Below, piece by piece: positions 6,546 to 8,360 of a stretch of DNA of 8,360 nt. The position numbers were made by a program, and so were the translations under genes. The stretch spans positions 1 through 8,360 of the forward strand of contig NW_021828459.1 in the NCBI RefSeq assembly GCF_006345805.1. The letters are read 5' to 3'. Position 1 is the first letter of the stretch, and each line of letters starts with the position of its first letter. Under the pieces are notes generated by a model. It saw only the letters and a program-made list of their open reading frames with translations. It searched no databases and had not been told where the DNA came from. This DNA comes from Octopus sinensis. Its lineage: Eukaryota.

Positions 6546-6570
6546 ATATATATATATAATATATATATAC
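6321..6570. repeat. Compound (GATA)n/(TA)n microsatellite with higher-order blocks
   Basis: Alternating (gata)n and (ta)n tracts; the block (gata)n-gatg-(ta)n-atat occurs twice in tandem at ~6441-6545. Confidence 0.95.
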
Positions 6571-6722
6571 ACGTGTTTCTTTCAGTTTCCCGTCTACCAA
6601 ATCCACTCACGAGGCTTTGGTCGGTCCGAGGCTACATCAGAAGACACTTGCCCAAGGTGACACGAAGTGAGACTGAACCCGAAATCGTGCGGTTGGGAAG
6701 CGAGCTTCTTACCACACAGCCA
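6569..6722 (-). mobile_element. SINE family A copy A3: tRNA-like head and 5' body only
   Basis: Reverse complement: tggctgtgtggtaagaagctcgcttcccaaccgcacgatttcgggttcagtctcacttcgtgtcaccttgggcaagtgtcttctgatgtagcctcggaccgaccaaagcctcgtgagtggatttggtagacgggaaactgaaagaa. It has an A-box-like tggctgtgtgg and a B-box-like gggttcagtctc; the body matches A1/A2. Confidence 0.88.
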
Positions 6723-6739
6723 GAGATTTTAACTCATTA

Positions 6740-6790
6740 ATTATATCGACCCATCACTCATCTAGTAGTTATTTTCGGAGATATCAGAAT
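6740..6790 (-). mobile_element. Degenerate SINE family B fragment B9 (hairpin module)
   Basis: attatatcgacccatcactcatctagtagttatttt vs B4 attatatcgagcacagtgttcaactgatacttgcttt and the reverse complement of B1/B2 att(a/c)catcgac(t/c)ccagtgcgtaactggtacttaatt. Confidence 0.45.
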
Positions 6791-6978
6791 TAGTTAAGAC
6801 AATGGAGACGTTAGTGAGAACTGAACAGTGGGTTTATTCTGATATAACTACAAGCGCAATATATTTTCTTAGTTGAACTAACAATTCAGATAAATCCACG
6901 CCTTAGAGGAAGATGTAATAGATATGATGTCGTTTCATACATCTGCCGAGCTATGTGTCAACCTATGTTTTCACCCCT

Positions 6979-7054
6979 CCATTTATCTATCAATATATCC
7001 ATATATTTATATCTATGTGTGTGCACGCGTGTGTGTATGTGTGTTTGTGTGTGC
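6979..7054. repeat. Degenerate (TCTA)/(TA)/(TG) microsatellite
   Basis: ccatttatctatcaatatatcc...gtgtgtgtatgtgtgtttgtgtgtgc is visible directly. Confidence 0.8.
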
Positions 7055-7061
7055 GCTTGAC

Positions 7062-7230
7062 GGGTGTCTAGTGTTTAAGGATAGTGGTTTCAATTCCCAG
7101 ACTAGTGAAGTATTATATGCTCTTGAACAAAACACTCTATTTCACATCGCTCAAGTTCATTCACCTGTAAATGGATAACCTACACCTGAATAGCCTTGCT
7201 TTCTTTTCATGGGATATGCTAGCCTGTCCA
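7062..7230 (+). mobile_element. Old CORE-like tRNA-derived SINE, family C (C2)
   Basis: Shortened head (tgtctagtgtttaaggata...ggtttcaattccc), then tgctcttgaacaaaacactctatttcac...aagttcattcacctgtaaatggata (7118-7177). This resembles the CORE domain of MIR-type SINEs (ccttgggcaag..acttaacctct...cagtttcctcatctgtaaaatggg, recalled from memory). Confidence 0.55.
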
Positions 7231-7332
7231 CCAAACAAGTTGCAATGGCATCCGATGAGACGAACCGAATCTTGAAAAACGGTTTGTAGCAGCATCGGAT
7301 AATCGAATCAACACATTCATATCTACTGTAAA

Positions 7333-7419
7333 CACACAGACAGACAGACAGATAGACGGACGGACGGACAGATAGATAGATAGATATATGGATAGAGAGA
7401 GAGATAGATAGATAGATAA

Positions 7420-7496
<77 letters not shown>

Positions 7497-7505
7497 AAGA
7501 TAGAC
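7333..7505. repeat. Compound (CAGA)/(CGGA)/(GATA)n microsatellite
   Basis: cacacagacagacagacagatagacggacggacggacagatagataga... ending in a long (gata)n run. Confidence 0.95.
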
Positions 7506-7830
7506 CTATTGCTGAAAGTGTTAGGAGAATGCTATAACACAGATCAATGAATTTCTAAAGGATATTTGTCTCAATAAATAAGTCAATGGTGTCAGCAACG
7601 GCAGAAAACCAGATTTCATACTATGTTCAATGAAATCTTAACTCTTACCGTTCACATTATGTAGGTAGACAGATTTTTCATTTCTTGGACGGCCTGGAAT
7701 TCTTCAATATACGTTCTATAGGTTTTAGATTTTGCCGTTTCTTAGTCGATGGTATGTCTCATCCACAACGATCTCGCGCTTCCCAATATTAGAATATGTT
7801 AATTTATTTTATTGTTATCTAGCCTAGGCG

Positions 7831-8181
7831 TATATGGCTCAGAGTTCAGTCCCACCGCATGGCACCTTGGGAGAATGTCTTCTACTATAGCCTCGGGCTG
7901 TCCAAAGCCTTGTGACGGGATTTGGTAGACGGACACTGAAAGAAGCCCGTCGTATATATATATAAATTTGTGTTTGTGACTGTTTGTTCCACCAGCATCA
8001 CTTGACAACCGGTGTTAGTGTGTTTACGTCCTCATAAAATAACGGTTTGACAAAAGATACCGATAGAATAAGTATTAGTCTTACAAACAATAAGTCCTAG
8101 GGTGGTTTTCTTCGACTAAAACTGTTTAAGGCGGTGCTCCAGCATGGCAGCTGTTAAATGATTGAAACAAGTGAAAGAATA
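7831..8181 (+). mobile_element. SINE family A copy A2 (near full length)
   Basis: B-box-like gagttcagtccc, then ggcaccttgggagaatgtcttctactatagcctcggg, a short internal microsatellite (7953-7978), the 3' body and the tail tgaaacaagtgaaagaata. Colinear with A1 and with the reverse complement of A3. Confidence 0.88.
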
Positions 8182-8360
8182 TGGTAAAAAACAAACGGTC
8201 CGGTGTCAAATTAAATCGTCGCGTGACGATTTGAAGAAACATACAGTACAGTGACGAAGCATACGATTAGCATTGTTTACTTTTGAGCGACTACACTGGA
8301 GTTAAAATCTCATCGTGACTGAATATACATCTCGTTCGTTTTTATATAAGCAACGTAAAA

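Noticed and set aside
4649-7178. ORFs rich in YI/HT/CV dipeptides, plus 5795..5992, 6001..6243, 6115..6306, 6125..6322 and 6924..7178
   Set aside because: They are translations of TA/CA/GATA repeats, degenerate SINEs or AT-rich spacer, with no domain signature or supported splice structure.
7611-7638. 9-bp inverted repeat agatttcat/atgaaatct, and nested short stems at 7250-7300
   Set aside because: These are short AT-rich or interrupted stems expected by chance, with no supporting context.
1-8181. Similar sequences at both ends of the window (1-323 and 7831-8181) suggesting an LTR pair
   Set aside because: Both are SINE family A copies (tRNA-like head, three more copies inside the window in both orientations), clearly diverged, with no gag/pol, PBS or TG...CA ends.
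8213-8232. Hairpin aaatcgtc-gcgt-gacgattt as a Helitron 3' end or terminator
   Set aside because: There is no CTRR terminus at the expected distance on either strand, and an 8-bp stem is roughly what chance gives in 8 kb.

Overview
This is AT-rich eukaryotic non-coding DNA (intronic or intergenic) that is almost fully tiled by retroposons and microsatellites. No host protein-coding gene can be supported. The SINE families look like those of octopod cephalopods; that host assignment is my inference from recognition and was not checked by any search. The only real coding signal is a 5'-truncated (~1.14 kb) R4/Dong-clade non-LTR retrotransposon at ~3272-4413 (+). It keeps the post-RT linker, a CCHC knuckle, a PD-(D/E)xK restriction-like endonuclease and the 3' UTR, carries three frameshifts, and has (TAA)n tracts on both sides. 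Around it are about 17 copies or fragments of three tRNA-derived SINE families, labelled A, B and C for this report only. Family A has an internal microsatellite slot. Family B has variable 3' tails and a double-hairpin module shared with A. Family C is CORE-like. There are also many simple repeats and one unexplained 14/22-bp minisatellite (5210-5447). All other ORFs in the track are artefacts of microsatellites or SINEs. I found no convincing new multi-gene system; the interesting points concern repeat architecture. SINE boundaries come from manual alignment and are approximate (about +/-10 bp, more for old copies).
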